Source: an uncultured Gemmatimonadales bacterium
GTDB taxonomy: Bacteria > Gemmatimonadota > Gemmatimonadetes > Gemmatimonadales > GWC2-71-9
Direction: 5' to 3'
DNA length: 64,000 nucleotides
Assembly (NCBI GenBank): GCA_963821525.1
Contig: CAWGED010000008.1
Location: 96,001-160,000, forward strand
Shown piece after piece: positions 43,714 to 54,168 of this stretch. The notes beneath the pieces were generated by a model. That model saw only the letters and a program-made list of their open reading frames with translations, made no database searches and had not been told where the DNA came from. A program made the translations under genes and the position numbers. Within the stretch, counting starts at the first letter, position 1. Each line of letters starts with the position of its first letter.

Positions 43714-44233
43714 TCACTTCGCCATCGCCTCTTCCCCGTTATACGCCCGCTCCAGCGCAGCGATATCGAGCTTCTTCATTTCCATCATCGCCGCCATGGC
43801 GCGCTGCGACTTCTCGGAATTCGGATCGCCGACCATGGCCGGCAGGATGCTCGGCACCACCTGCCATGACAGCACCAAACTTGTCCTTGAGCCAGCCGCA
43901 TACCTGGGCGCTCGGGATCCCCGCCGACAGTCAACTTCTCCCAGTAGTAGTCCACTTCCGTCTGCGTCCTTGCATATGATCTGGAACGAGACGGCCTCAT
44001 TGAACTTGAACTACTGGGCCACCGTTGAGTGCGGTGAACGGTTGTCCGTCGAGCTCGAACGCCACGGTCAGCACCGATCCGGGCGGCCGCTTGTGAGTCT
44101 CACGTCCGGCTTCTCCGTAGCGGGTGATCTCGCCGATTTTCGAATTCTTGAAGATGCCGGTGTAGTACTTCGCCGCCTCTTCAGCCTGATTGTCGAACCA
44201 GAGGCAGGGTTGGATTCTTTTCGTGGTTGCCAT
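43714..44233 (-). CDS. VOC/PhnB-like protein (3-demethylubiquinone-9 methyltransferase family), frameshifted
   Basis: IQPCLWFDNQAEEAAKYY, FTALNGGP, AMMEMKKLDIAALERAY. Confidence 0.88.
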
Positions 44234-44284
44234 TGGTGAGTCTCCTCCTATGGGTTCAGACCTGAGGTGAGCGAATCAGTCCTG

Positions 44285-44548
44285 TCAGCTCGCCATCAAG
44301 CCGCTGTCTACGTCATGACATCGAGCGAGCCGATGCTCGCGTACCCGCAAGTGCGCCACGTCCAGGTCGTCAATGGTCAGCCGATCAATTGAGTCGTGGA
44401 CCAGGGCCATTCGCCGGATGGTGAGACGCCCGATGGCCAAGACACCGATCGCAAGCGCCCCTCCCGCAACGAAACCAAGCGCAACCGCAATTCCGGTGAC
44501 TTGGCCATGCGATCCGGCCGCAAGGCGGCGAATTCTGATGTGTTTCAT
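44285..44548 (-). CDS. Small hypothetical membrane protein
   Basis: GALAIGVLAIGRLTIRR...LTIDDLDV repetitive motif; GAGG RBS. Confidence 0.6.
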   Translation of the reverse strand: MKHIRIRRLAAGSHGQVTGIAVALGFVAGGALAIGVLAIGRLTIRRMALVHDSIDRLTIDDLDVAHLRVREHRLARCHDVDSGLMAS

Positions 44549-44813
44549 CGACAGGACCTCATCTGCTTCGGTCGAACGCCCCGATTGAAACATGGCGGAA
44601 GTGCCATCCTGGACGTACTCCCAGCCAGGGGAAACGCCCCCCGGATTAAGGCTAACCCTTCGTGCCGGTGATTTCGACCATCTGCCGATCGAAGATGGAA
44701 TCCGGGCGCGGGAGCCGGCCTTGGACGAAGGTCGAGTCGAGGATCGACTGGCCGGCATGTTCTTGGAGTGGAGCGCGCTCGTCGACGAGCGAGAAATCGG
44801 CTGAAGTGCCGTG

Positions 44814-47488
44814 CTACTTCCCCGCCACCAGCCGCTCGAAGCGCGGGTTGCCCTTGAGCGGCGCGAAGTCGGGATCGATCCGGAGCCACCCGGGAGAGAG
44901 ATAGTACGGCATCTTGAGCAACGGCTCCAACAGGTCCAGTGCCTGCTCGGGTTCGCCCGCGAGCAGATAGATCCGCACCAGCTGGTGTTGGTTGTAGGCG
45001 CCAGCTGTAGGCGTCGACGCTGATCGGCAGGAGCGAGAGGCCCCGCTTTCCCTCCGCGATCGCCTCGGCCTTCCGACCGAGGTAAGCCAGGGCCAGGCCG
45101 TAGAGCACATGCTGCTGCGCATCGTCGGGCGCGGCCCGAAGATTCTTCTCGAAGCCAAGCCGCGCCGAGTCGGCATAGGCCCGCGCCTCGGCCATACGAC
45201 CACGGAGGTAATAGGTCTGCGCGTGAACGATGCCCCAGAGAGCCTGATCGTCATCGAAAGCACTCACCGGGAGTGCGAGAAGCTGCTGCTGCTGGGACTC
45301 GTCCAGTACCCAGAAGAGGTCCCAGTAGTTTCCGAAGAAGGCGAGCAGCGCCGCAGGTTCGACGGTCGCAAGGCGGCGTGCACGACACGCTCGGGCGCCG
45401 GCCAGGTCGCCCTGCGGCGAGCGCTACCTGGGCCTGCCCTCGATGATGCTGATGTTCGTGGGGGCAAGCGCGCCGGCCCGGTCCTGCGCCTCCTGCGCCT
45501 CGGGGTAGCGGCGCAGCCAGAGCAGGGTGTACCGCGGTACGCCGTGCGGTGTTGGCTGAGCGGGGGTCGAGGGCACCCGCCTTGGCAAGATGCTCGAAGC
45601 GCCGCGTCCCAACGACCGAGAGATTGCTCAACCAGCGCCGCCGCCACGAGCAGATCGACGTTGTTGGGTGCCAGCTTGAGGCCGGCTTCGGCAGCCGCGA
45701 GCGCCTGCCGGTTATCCAGCGCGCAGCCCCGTAGTAATCGCTCAAGCGCCAGCTGTCCCTCGGGCCGGTCTGGGCCGAGCGCGTGCGCGCGGTTCGCCGC
45801 ATCCTTGGCCTGGGCCGCCAGCTCGGGCGAGGGTGTGCTGTTGGTATACAGCCTCGCGTGCGCGGGACAGCTGGCTCCAGGCCGAGACGAAGCCCGAGTC
45901 GAGCGCTACCGCCTGCTCGTAGAAGCCGATGGCCCGCCGCAGGCTGGCCGGATCACTCACCGCCAGGCTCTGCGAGACGGCCTCACCTTTCAGGATAGGC
46001 ATCGTAGGCCGCGAGGTTCTCGGTCGGCTCTGGCCGCGAGCTCGTTGCGGGTACTGTCGCCCAAGGCCACATCGAGAGCACTCGCCACCTTGGTGGCGAT
46101 GTCGGCCTGCACCTGGAACACGTCGGTGAGCGACGCATCGAATGGCTGCTGCCACTTGGTCGTCGGCGCCCGTCGGGCCGACCTGGACCAGCTCGGGACT
46201 CACCCGGACGCGGCTGGCCCGCCGGCGCCCTTTTCCCAGCGCACGGTGCCGGTCAGCGAGATAGTCCGCGCCCAGTTCGCGGCGCGATCTGCTGGGGCGA
46301 CTTGGTGCTGTGCGCGGTACTCGTCCGAGCTGCCCGCGCGATGACCGCGAGCGCCGGCGACGTGGTGAGCTTCCCCCGCACCTCGTCGGTGATCCCGTCG
46401 GCGAAGTAGGCGTCGCGCCGAGTCGCCCAGGTTCTCGAACGGGCAGCACCGCGATGACGCCTCGGCCCGGCTCGCCTCGGCGCGTGCCCGTGCGCGTGCC
46501 GCCAGGCGAAGAGGAGACCGAGGCCAATGAGGATGCCGAGCATCGAGGGTGACGGCTGCGACCGGGACGGCGCGGGGTCGGGAGCGCGGTAGAGCTGGGG
46601 CGCTCGGATCCACTCGGCCGCGCGGGCGAGGCTGCCACCGTCGAGGCGCCGGTCAGGACCGGAAGTGCCTGGGCCAGCTGGCTCACCGTGCTGAACCGGT
46701 CGGCGGCCACCGGCGCCAGCGCCTTGCGGATCGCCTCGTCCACCCCGCGTCGGTACCGACGAGCGTATCGCCCGCACGCTCGGCGGCAGGCTCGGTGAGC
46801 CGCTTCACGATCAAGGCCTGGATCGTCGGCCCCGGTGAAAGGCGGCTCTCCGGCCAGCATTTCATAGAGCACCGCGGCGAGCGAATAGACGTCGGTCCGG
46901 GCATCGAGGTTGGGCTCGCCCGCCGCCTGCTCCGGACTCATGTACGCGGGGGTCCCGATCGCGAGGCCGGTCTCGGTCAGCCGCTCATCCGACGGCGCCC
47001 ACAGCCCGCGCGATGCCGAAGTCCGCGACCATGGTGTTGCCGTCGCGGGTGAGCAGGAGGTTTTCCGGCTTGATGTCGCGATGGACCACGCCATGGTCGT
47101 GGGCGTACTGGAGCCCCTGGGCTGCTTCCCGGGTGATCCGGAGCGCCTCCTCTACCGGGAGCTGCCGCTCCCGCCGCAGCCGGTCCCGCAGCGATTCGCC
47201 CTCGACGAACGGCATGGTGAACCAGAGCTGACCCGCCGCCTCGCCGGAATCGAGCACTGTGAGGATGTGGGGATGTTGCAGGCGGGCAGCGAGCTTGATC
47301 TCGCGCTGGAACCGCTCGGCGCCCAGGACCGCGGCCAGCTCGGGATGCAGCACCTTCAGGGCGACCGACCGGTCATGCTTCAGGTCGCGGGCCAGGTAGA
47401 CCGTGGCCATGCCCCCGCGCCCGAGCTCTCGCTCGAGGGCATAAGCATGAGACAGAGCCTCGGCGAGAGACTCCTTGGAAGGGGGCAT
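44814..47488 (-). CDS. Ser/Thr protein kinase with TolB-N/TPR C-terminus (kinase B; heavily frameshifted)
   Basis: [63 protein letters not shown] across more than 8 frame fragments. Confidence 0.85.
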
Positions 47489-47590
47489 TGAGATAAATGT
47501 ACGTCGTCTGACGTGGCCGTGCGACTCTGGGCGGCTGGTGCCCGGGATTCAGCTCACCGGAAGCGGCGGATGATCGCCATGATCAGCGAC
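47301..47590. repeat. ~290-bp direct repeat, copy B (kinase 5' end + leader + 3' end of the DUF2905 gene)
   Basis: Near-identical to 50409-50697. Confidence 0.95.
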
Positions 47591-50500
47591 TCATTTTGGA
47601 GGGTGAACGGCGTTCTCCGTGGACAGCCGACCCAGTGCCGCCTTCGCCTCGTCAACCAGGTACTGGTGGGAGGCGGGCGGCAGGTCATACCTCCTGAGGA
47701 ATTGCTGGTAGTGGTCGCGGGCCAGGTCGGTGCGACCCTGCGCTTCCTCGATACGTGCCAGTTCGTAGTACGCGAAGGGTGCGAACAACTGGGTGCGCGG
47801 GGATTCGTAGGAGGCCGGGATGTTGGCTTGGTGCCAGACCAACAGCTTCAAGGCGCGGCTGGTGTCGCCTTGCGCGAGCAGCAATCGTGATGCCGCCAGA
47901 TGGGTGATGGATCTGGCGTACGGGTCATGGGGACTGCTCATCTCGTCGTCCGTCGCTGACAGGTCGAGGGCCGCGAGCGACTCGGCAGCGGCTTGCCTCG
48001 CTCCCCGGAGTTCCAGCTCGAAGCCAGCGAGGGAGCGATCGAGGAAGGCTGCTTCGCGGGCCGCACTGCGCTGAACGCTCGCGCGCGCCTCCGCAAGTGC
48101 GCGCTGGTCGCGCCGGAGTACGGCGAGCATCCCGTCGGCCCAGGCGAGCTTCGCGAGTCCGTTCCTTGCGGAGGCCGAGTCGGGAGGAAGTCCAGCGAGG
48201 AACTTAACCGCCGCCGCCCTTCGCGCCGTTGCGCGCGCCGTGTCGAGCCCACCAAGCCAGGCGCCCGTTACCACAGTCTGGTAGATGACAAAGGCATGCG
48301 GTGGGCTGGCTGCAGCCCATCGGTCGGAGGCAACGAGGGCGGAGTCCCAGGCGCCACGTGCCGCCCACGCATTGGCCATGCCCTCCCAGGCCAAACCCGC
48401 GTATGAACCATGAGGATCGAGTGCCAGCAGGCGCCGGTTGAGCTCGATCTGGGCCGCCGGAAACCCATACCAATGGAGGAAAACGCTCGCCATGATGTGT
48501 TGGAGTCTGTTCTTCGCGCCCGCGATGGCCACAGCGAAGCTGTCGCGCAGTGGCACCGGAAGTTGCCCGCTGGCGGACAGCAGCAGGTGCTTGGGCAAGC
48601 TGGCATCATAGCCCAATTCCGCTGACGCCTTGGCGAAGTGTCCCAGCGCGGTCAGTGACCTGACTGCGAGCGCCGCCTGGGCTGAGTCATGGCCGAAGCT
48701 GGCATCGGCCAGGTGGTCCCACATGGGGACGAGCTTCGGGTTCGAGTCTACGGTCCGTTGCAACGCTGCCCGGACCTCGGCGTTGGTCGTGCCGATCACC
48801 GGCCCCCAGTGATGCAGGACGTCGGCGTACTTCCACCAGGCGGACCAGTCGTCGGGGAAGCGATCCGTAATGGCTCGGAACCGCGCCTGATACTCCGCTT
48901 CAGTCAGCGAGCCACCGTCTCTCTCCGCTTCGATGAGCAGCCGATCCCGCTCGCCGAAGGCCGAAAGGTGAGATTGGTATCCGCGCTGCAGGACGGAGTC
49001 CGGTCTGGCCTCGAGCACCCATCCCTGGGCCGAGTTGTATCGCCAGCCGGCAAGCCAGAAGCTTGAATCGGCCTTGATGGCGGTGGCGTAGGCCTCAATC
49101 GCCTCGGGCCAGCGCCCGGCAATAGTGAACTGCTCGCCATCGAGGAATGCGCGTAGTGATGCCACTGAACGCGTGGTGAGGTTCGCATAGCTGGGCGATG
49201 GCGGCTCGCCTCGGCGCCAGACCTGCCGCAGGATTGCCCAGGTGACCGAATCGGTGAGCACGCTGATGAAGTCCTGTGCCGCGACGACGGAGGCGCGTGC
49301 CAGCGGTTCGGCCGCGCCGCTGGTCGCAAGCAGCTTCAGGTCGAGCCGAATGTCCGGCCCCACCCGTACGATGTCTCCAACCACTACGCTCCCGGCGCCA
49401 AGGCCTTTGCCGAGCACCACGGCGTCGGTGGTGCCGCGGTCACTCGAGCCATCGACCTTCGCCAGGACCAGCCGCGGATCCGCCACCCGGATACCACCGA
49501 CACCGTCCAGGTTCGCGCTGATCGTGAGCACGAGGTCGCGTCCGAGGTGCACCAGTGCGGAGTCGGAAGTGCTGGGCAGAAACGGGAGCACCGCAATGAA
49601 CGAGGCGGAGGGCTCGACCTGTGGCCGGTGGCGCATGAAGCGCCAGCCGCCGACAAGACTGAGCGCCATTACCATGCCGGCGACGACGACCCATGCAAGC
49701 CGCCGCCTATCACGCACGCCTATCCCGGCCACCGACGCGGGGGCGGGTTGACTGAGCGCTTCCACAAACTGTGCTGCGGTGGCGAACCGATCCGCTGGCG
49801 ACCGGGCCAGCGCAGAGGCCAGCGCGCGGTCGACCGGCGCTGGCACCGTCTCCCGCACGGTGCGCACGGAAGGGACAGGCAGCGTCATCCGCTTGGCGAA
49901 GATGGCCTGCGCGGTCGGCCCGGTGTAGGGGGGCTCCCCCGCCAGCATCTCGTACAGCACGCAACCCAATGCGTAGAGATCGCTCCGGCCGTCGATCTCC
50001 CGCTCGGCCGTGGACTGCTCGGGGCTCATGTAGGCTGGTGTGCCGATGGCGAGGCCGGTCTCCGTGAGTCTTGCGCTGCCGGCGGCGTCGACTGCCCTCG
50101 CGATGCCGAAGTCGGCTACTCGCGCGTGACCGCCGGAGAGCAGGATGTTGTCCGGTTTGATGTCGCGGTGAATTACCCCCCGTGCATGCGCGTAGCCGAG
50201 CGCCTCGGCGACCTCGCGGGCGATCTGCAGCGCGTCCTCGACCGGCAGCTGCTTCTGCCGCGCCAGACGGTCGTGCAGTGATTCGCCCTCGACGAACGGC
50301 ATGACGTAGTACAGCAGCCGCCGGCCATTGTCGGTGGGAAGCTCCACCACGCCGCTGTCAAGGAGGGGCAGGATGTACGGATGGTCGAATCGGGCCGTGA
50401 TGGTGATTTCGCGCAGGAACCGCTCGGGGCCCAGTACCGCCGCCAGTTCAGGATGCAGCACCTTCAGGGCGACCGACCGGTCATGCTTCAGGTCGCGGGC

Positions 50501-50596
50501 CAGATAGACCGTGGCCATGCCCCCGCGCCCGAGCTCTCGCTCGAGCGCGTAAGTATGAGATAGAGCCTCGGCGAGAGACTCCTTGGGAAGGGGCAT
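47591..50596 (-). CDS. Ser/Thr protein kinase with TM and TPR-like C-terminus (kinase A)
   Basis: Intact [63 protein letters not shown]-like tail. Confidence 0.95.
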   Translation of the reverse strand: MPLPKESLAEALSHTYALERELGRGGMATVYLARDLKHDRSVALKVLHPELAAVLGPERFLREITITARFDHPYILPLLDSGVVELPTDNGRRLLYYVMPFVEGESLHDRLARQKQLPVEDALQIAREVAEALGYAHARGVIHRDIKPDNILLSGGHARVADFGIARAVDAAGSARLTETGLAIGTPAYMSPEQSTAEREIDGRSDLYALGCVLYEMLAGEPPYTGPTAQAIFAKRMTLPVPSVRTVRETVPAPVDRALASALARSPADRFATAAQFVEALSQPAPASVAGIGVRDRRRLAWVVVAGMVMALSLVGGWRFMRHRPQVEPSASFIAVLPFLPSTSDSALVHLGRDLVLTISANLDGVGGIRVADPRLVLAKVDGSSDRGTTDAVVLGKGLGAGSVVVGDIVRVGPDIRLDLKLLATSGAAEPLARASVVAAQDFISVLTDSVTWAILRQVWRRGEPPSPSYANLTTRSVASLRAFLDGEQFTIAGRWPEAIEAYATAIKADSSFWLAGWRYNSAQGWVLEARPDSVLQRGYQSHLSAFGERDRLLIEAERDGGSLTEAEYQARFRAITDRFPDDWSAWWKYADVLHHWGPVIGTTNAEVRAALQRTVDSNPKLVPMWDHLADASFGHDSAQAALAVRSLTALGHFAKASAELGYDASLPKHLLLSASGQLPVPLRDSFAVAIAGAKNRLQHIMASVFLHWYGFPAAQIELNRRLLALDPHGSYAGLAWEGMANAWAARGAWDSALVASDRWAAASPPHAFVIYQTVVTGAWLGGLDTARATARRAAAVKFLAGLPPDSASARNGLAKLAWADGMLAVLRRDQRALAEARASVQRSAAREAAFLDRSLAGFELELRGARQAAAESLAALDLSATDDEMSSPHDPYARSITHLAASRLLLAQGDTSRALKLLVWHQANIPASYESPRTQLFAPFAYYELARIEEAQGRTDLARDHYQQFLRRYDLPPASHQYLVDEAKAALGRLSTENAVHPPK

Positions 50597-50697
50597 TGAG
50601 ATAAATGTACGCCGTCTGACGTGGCCGTGCGACTCCGGGCGGCGGTGCCCGGGATTCAGCTCACCGGAAGCGGCGGATGATTGCCATGATCAGCGAC
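50409..50697. repeat. ~290-bp direct repeat, copy A
   Basis: Near-identical to 47301-47590. Confidence 0.95.
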
Positions 50698-50894
50698 AAC
50701 AGGAGCGAGAGGACAACGGAGAGCAGGAGGGACGAGCCGAGCGGAATGTAGATCCGGCTGTTGGGCCGCTCGATGCGGATGTCGCCGGGAAGTTTGCCAA
50801 ACCACCGGAAGGCGCCGGCCCAGACCAGCAGGCCTGCGATGGCCAGGACCACACCAGCGGCCACGAGCATCGGTCCGACGGAAGAGCGAGGCAT
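50661..50894 (-). CDS. DUF2905 family small membrane protein
   Basis: WFGKLPGDIRIERPNSRIYIPLGSSLLLSVVLSLL. Confidence 0.9.
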   Translation of the reverse strand: MPRSSVGPMLVAAGVVLAIAGLLVWAGAFRWFGKLPGDIRIERPNSRIYIPLGSSLLLSVVLSLLLSLIMAIIRRFR

Positions 50895-50909
50895 GCTGGC
50901 CAATATAGG

Positions 50910-50943
50910 GGCAAGATCGCCATCCTTGGTATCATTCCTGCCA
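50910..50943 (-). promoter_or_regulatory. Putative AraC/GlxA binding site (copy 1)
   Basis: Reverse complement tggcaggaatgataccaaggatggcgatcttgcc matches 52055-52088 at 29/34 positions. Confidence 0.6.
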
Positions 50944-50983
50944 ACCCATTGGTGGAAGCCGCCCTCAAGGTATTGTTGCTGCC

Positions 50984-51946
50984 ATGCGCGTGGATGTGCT
51001 TGTCCTCGACGGCGTGTTCGACCTGGGCCTGTCCGCCGTACTGGACGTCTTCGAGACGGCCAACGAGCTGATCGGAATGTCGGAGCTTGCAGTCTCACGG
51101 TTCGAAGTGAGAACCGTGGGCCTGCGGCGGACGGTCACCACCTCGCATGGCCTCCGGGTCCCAGTCCAGACGGTGGGCACCCGGAAGCCGGACTGTGTCG
51201 TGGTCCCGGCCCTCGGGGTCAAGATGCCCGATGCGCTCGAGACCGCCCTGGCTCGGCCGGACGTGAGAGAGGGCGGAGCGGTGCTCCGGCAGTGGGCCCG
51301 GCGAGGCGCGCTCATGAGCGCGGCCTGCATCGGGACCTTCGTCATGGCCGAATCAGGCCTGCTCGACCATCAGAGGGCAACCACCACATGGTGGCTGGCG
51401 CCGCTCTTCCGCAGGCGGTATCCCAGCGTGCAGCTGGACGAATCGTACATGATCGTGAAATCCGGCCGCGTCGTGACCGCGGGGGCGGCCCTGAGCCATG
51501 TGGACCTGGCGCTCTGGCTGGTGCGGGGGGTGAGTCCCCAGCTCGCCGGGCTGACCGCCCGGTACCTCATCGTCGATTCGAGACCGGCGCAGTCGGCCTA
51601 TGTCCTGACCGATCACCTCATGCACTCGGACCCCGTGGTCCAGCGGTTCGAGAGCTGGGCCCGGGCGCGACTGGCGCAGGGATTCTCCTTGGACGCCGCC
51701 GCCAAGGCCGTCGGGGCCAGCAAGCGGACCCTTGCCCGGCGGATGCAGAGCGTTCTGGGGAAGACGCCGCTGTCGTACTTCCAGAGTCTTCGGGTGGAGC
51801 GGGCAGTGCATCTGCTCAAGACCGGCACCGCGAGCGTCGACCAGGTAGCCGCGCGGGTGGGATACGCCGACGGGGCGACCCTTCGGACCCTGCTCCGGCG
51901 TCGGCTGCATCTTGGCGTGAAAGAGATCAGGAGAACTGCTCGGTAA
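50984..51946 (+). CDS. GlxA family transcriptional regulator (DJ-1/PfpI + AraC HTH)
   Basis: SAACIGTFVMAESGLLD..ATTTWW; C-terminal double HTH VAARVGY. Confidence 0.92.
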   Translation: MRVDVLVLDGVFDLGLSAVLDVFETANELIGMSELAVSRFEVRTVGLRRTVTTSHGLRVPVQTVGTRKPDCVVVPALGVKMPDALETALARPDVREGGAVLRQWARRGALMSAACIGTFVMAESGLLDHQRATTTWWLAPLFRRRYPSVQLDESYMIVKSGRVVTAGAALSHVDLALWLVRGVSPQLAGLTARYLIVDSRPAQSAYVLTDHLMHSDPVVQRFESWARARLAQGFSLDAAAKAVGASKRTLARRMQSVLGKTPLSYFQSLRVERAVHLLKTGTASVDQVAARVGYADGATLRTLLRRRLHLGVKEIRRTAR

Positions 51947-52054
51947 AGCCCCCACCCTCCTCGGCGGGTTCAAGAAGCAGGCGCAGGACACCCCACCACA
52001 CTCGAAACACCTCGGGCGGGCTGCTCGGATGCAATCCGCTCGATGATGTTGCCC

Positions 52055-52088
52055 TGGCAAGTATGATATCAAAGATGGCGTTCTTGCC
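52055..52088 (+). promoter_or_regulatory. Putative AraC/GlxA binding site (copy 2)
   Basis: tggcaagtatgatatcaaagatggcgttcttgcc upstream of the ABM gene. Confidence 0.6.
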
Positions 52089-52156
52089 AATGGCATCGAT
52101 CGCGCTCCTGGCCTAGTTTCGACCTCACGATGTTCAACTCACACAGGAGACCTGAA

Positions 52157-52459
52157 ATGCTCAAGCACAGCTTATTCGTTCGCCTCGAGGCGAAGCCTGG
52201 CAAGGCCGATGAGGTTGCCGCGTTCCTCCAGCAGGGACTGCAGATGGCGAATCAGGAGACAACCACTCCACTGTGGTTCGCGCTCCGCCTCGGCCCCACG
52301 ACGTTTGCGATATTCGATTCATTCAATGATGAATCGGGGCGGCAGGCACACTTGAACGGACCGATCGCGAAGGCGCTCATGTCGCAGGCGCCGACCCTGC
52401 TCACGACTCCGCCGGTGATCGAGCGGCTCGATGTGTTGGGTGCAAAGCTTCCGAACTGA
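52157..52459 (+). CDS. Antibiotic biosynthesis monooxygenase (ABM) family protein
   Basis: LFVRLEAKPGK, FAIFDSF...GRQAHLNG; AGGAG RBS. Confidence 0.88.
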   Translation: MLKHSLFVRLEAKPGKADEVAAFLQQGLQMANQETTTPLWFALRLGPTTFAIFDSFNDESGRQAHLNGPIAKALMSQAPTLLTTPPVIERLDVLGAKLPN

Positions 52460-52525
52460 TCGATCGTGGAGCCGCGCAGGAAGCATCTGCGCGGCTCCGT
52501 TCACACCGCCGCATCATGAGTACCC

Positions 52526-53476
52526 TCACTTCATTGCCTCACTTCGGAGCAGCTGCAGATTCATCTTTCCGAAGCTGAGATCATCGAGTTTGGCCATGCC
52601 CTGGCGCACGGGCCAGCGCTCGGACTTGCTGATCCAGAAGAAGAAGCCGAGTCCCGGATTGAATCGACCACGCCCGCGGTGAAGGCTGACCTTCCAACAG
52701 GTGAAGCGCCCAGCAGGGACCTCAATCACCTCCTCGCCATGAATCCGCAGGTTCACCCAGAACCGGACTGCCACACTGTCGTCGGACGGCCTGGTGATGG
52801 GGACGCTGATCGCTGAGTCGGCGGAAAGGTCTGCGGCCTGGAGCACCGCCAAGATAAGGGGCGGCAGCGGCTGCCATCGCTCCTCGACAGCAGGGGCGTG
52901 ATACGCCAGGAGCTCGAGACCATCCCGCGTCACCCAAGTCGAGTCGGTAAAGAACGGCGGATTGTCCTTGACCTGCTTGCCGGCCAGCAGCAACCAAGCC
53001 GGCGCCCCCGCGTATTCCGAGGGCTCGACCGAATAGACGAACAGGGTGTCCCCCGGGTGCGTGGCGGCGTCCGGTTCTGCGCTGTAGGTCCACCGTCCGG
53101 GGCGCAGCCTGAGGCCCTTGGCTGCTTCCATAGTCGCAAAACTCGGGGAGCCGGAGACTTGTGCCGCTAATGGTTCTGCTGCAAAGACGGATGGCGCAGC
53201 GAGCGTACGTGTCCCGACGGTGCCCGAAGGACGAGTAGCCAGCCGCGGTGCGATGAAGAACAGCAGCAGGGCCGCCGCGACCGCGACCGCCGACACGCGG
53301 GCGATCCATCGAATCGTCATCCGACCTCGGCCTGCGGCCGGACCTGACATTATGACCCGCTCGCCGCGCCGCCGCCGCTCAAGGATCAGCTCCAGCTGCC
53401 GCTGAGATGGGACGGGAGCCTCCAGCAGTCCCGCGACATGGCGGATCCGGCGTTCGAGCTCCTGATCAGTCAGCAT
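52526..53476 (-). CDS. Putative anti-sigma / membrane-anchored protein
   Basis: Coupled downstream of an ECF sigma; single TM AVAVAAALLLFF; C-terminal E.IEVPAGRFTCWKV motif. Confidence 0.65.
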   Translation of the reverse strand: MLTDQELERRIRHVAGLLEAPVPSQRQLELILERRRRGERVIMSGPAAGRGRMTIRWIARVSAVAVAAALLLFFIAPRLATRPSGTVGTRTLAAPSVFAAEPLAAQVSGSPSFATMEAAKGLRLRPGRWTYSAEPDAATHPGDTLFVYSVEPSEYAGAPAWLLLAGKQVKDNPPFFTDSTWVTRDGLELLAYHAPAVEERWQPLPPLILAVLQAADLSADSAISVPITRPSDDSVAVRFWVNLRIHGEEVIEVPAGRFTCWKVSLHRGRGRFNPGLGFFFWISKSERWPVRQGMAKLDDLSFGKMNLQLLRSEAMK

Positions 53477-54027
53477 GATGCCTCCAATACCTGGCGGAGC
53501 CGCTGGAGCGCGCGGTGGAAGCGCACCTCCGAACTGTTGCGGCGGATGCCCAGCAGTTCCGCGATTTCATCGTGTGAGTAGCCCTCGATGGCCTTGAGAA
53601 CCACCACGACTCGCTGGTCCTCAGGTAACTGCATCAGGGCGAGTGCCAGATCCGCCTGGTCTCCGGAGCATCCGGCCGGGAACGCAGAAAGCGTCGATGC
53701 CTCGTGGAAATCGGCTTCCCGCCGCCGCCTTTCCGCCCGGAGCCGCATCAGGACGAGGCGAACCAGGATCCGCCTGAGCCAGGCAGGGAACTGTCCAGAC
53801 TCCCTGTAGTGTCCCAGTGCTTCGGGTAGCCCGACGAACAGATCCTGGACGACATCCTCGGCCTCGCTCGCGCTCCCGAGCAGCCGGGCGGCGAGCGTCA
53901 ACATCGCAGCTGCGTGACGGTGGTATACCGCACTCAAGGCGTCCGGATCTCGCGCCCGGACACGGGCCACTAGGCCAGCGTCGCTTGGTGGTTCAGTCGA
54001 ATGAACGATCGAAGCGGGGAGACCCAT
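53470..54027 (-). CDS. ECF sigma-70 family RNA polymerase sigma factor
   Basis: EAEDVVQDLF, FPAWLRRI, EGYSHDEIAELLG. Confidence 0.92.
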   Translation of the reverse strand: MGLPASIVHSTEPPSDAGLVARVRARDPDALSAVYHRHAAAMLTLAARLLGSASEAEDVVQDLFVGLPEALGHYRESGQFPAWLRRILVRLVLMRLRAERRRREADFHEASTLSAFPAGCSGDQADLALALMQLPEDQRVVVVLKAIEGYSHDEIAELLGIRRNSSEVRFHRALQRLRQVLEASC

Positions 54028-54168
54028 GCAGACATAATGCCGCACGTGGGCGGATTCTTACAACTGGCTGGCTGACGGACTGAGCGGACGAATACCCGTG
54101 CTTCCCAGCTCGCGCCCAAACCATGTAACGATCCGCGAGGGGGCGGACTGCAAGGTCGGTCATTTGGC

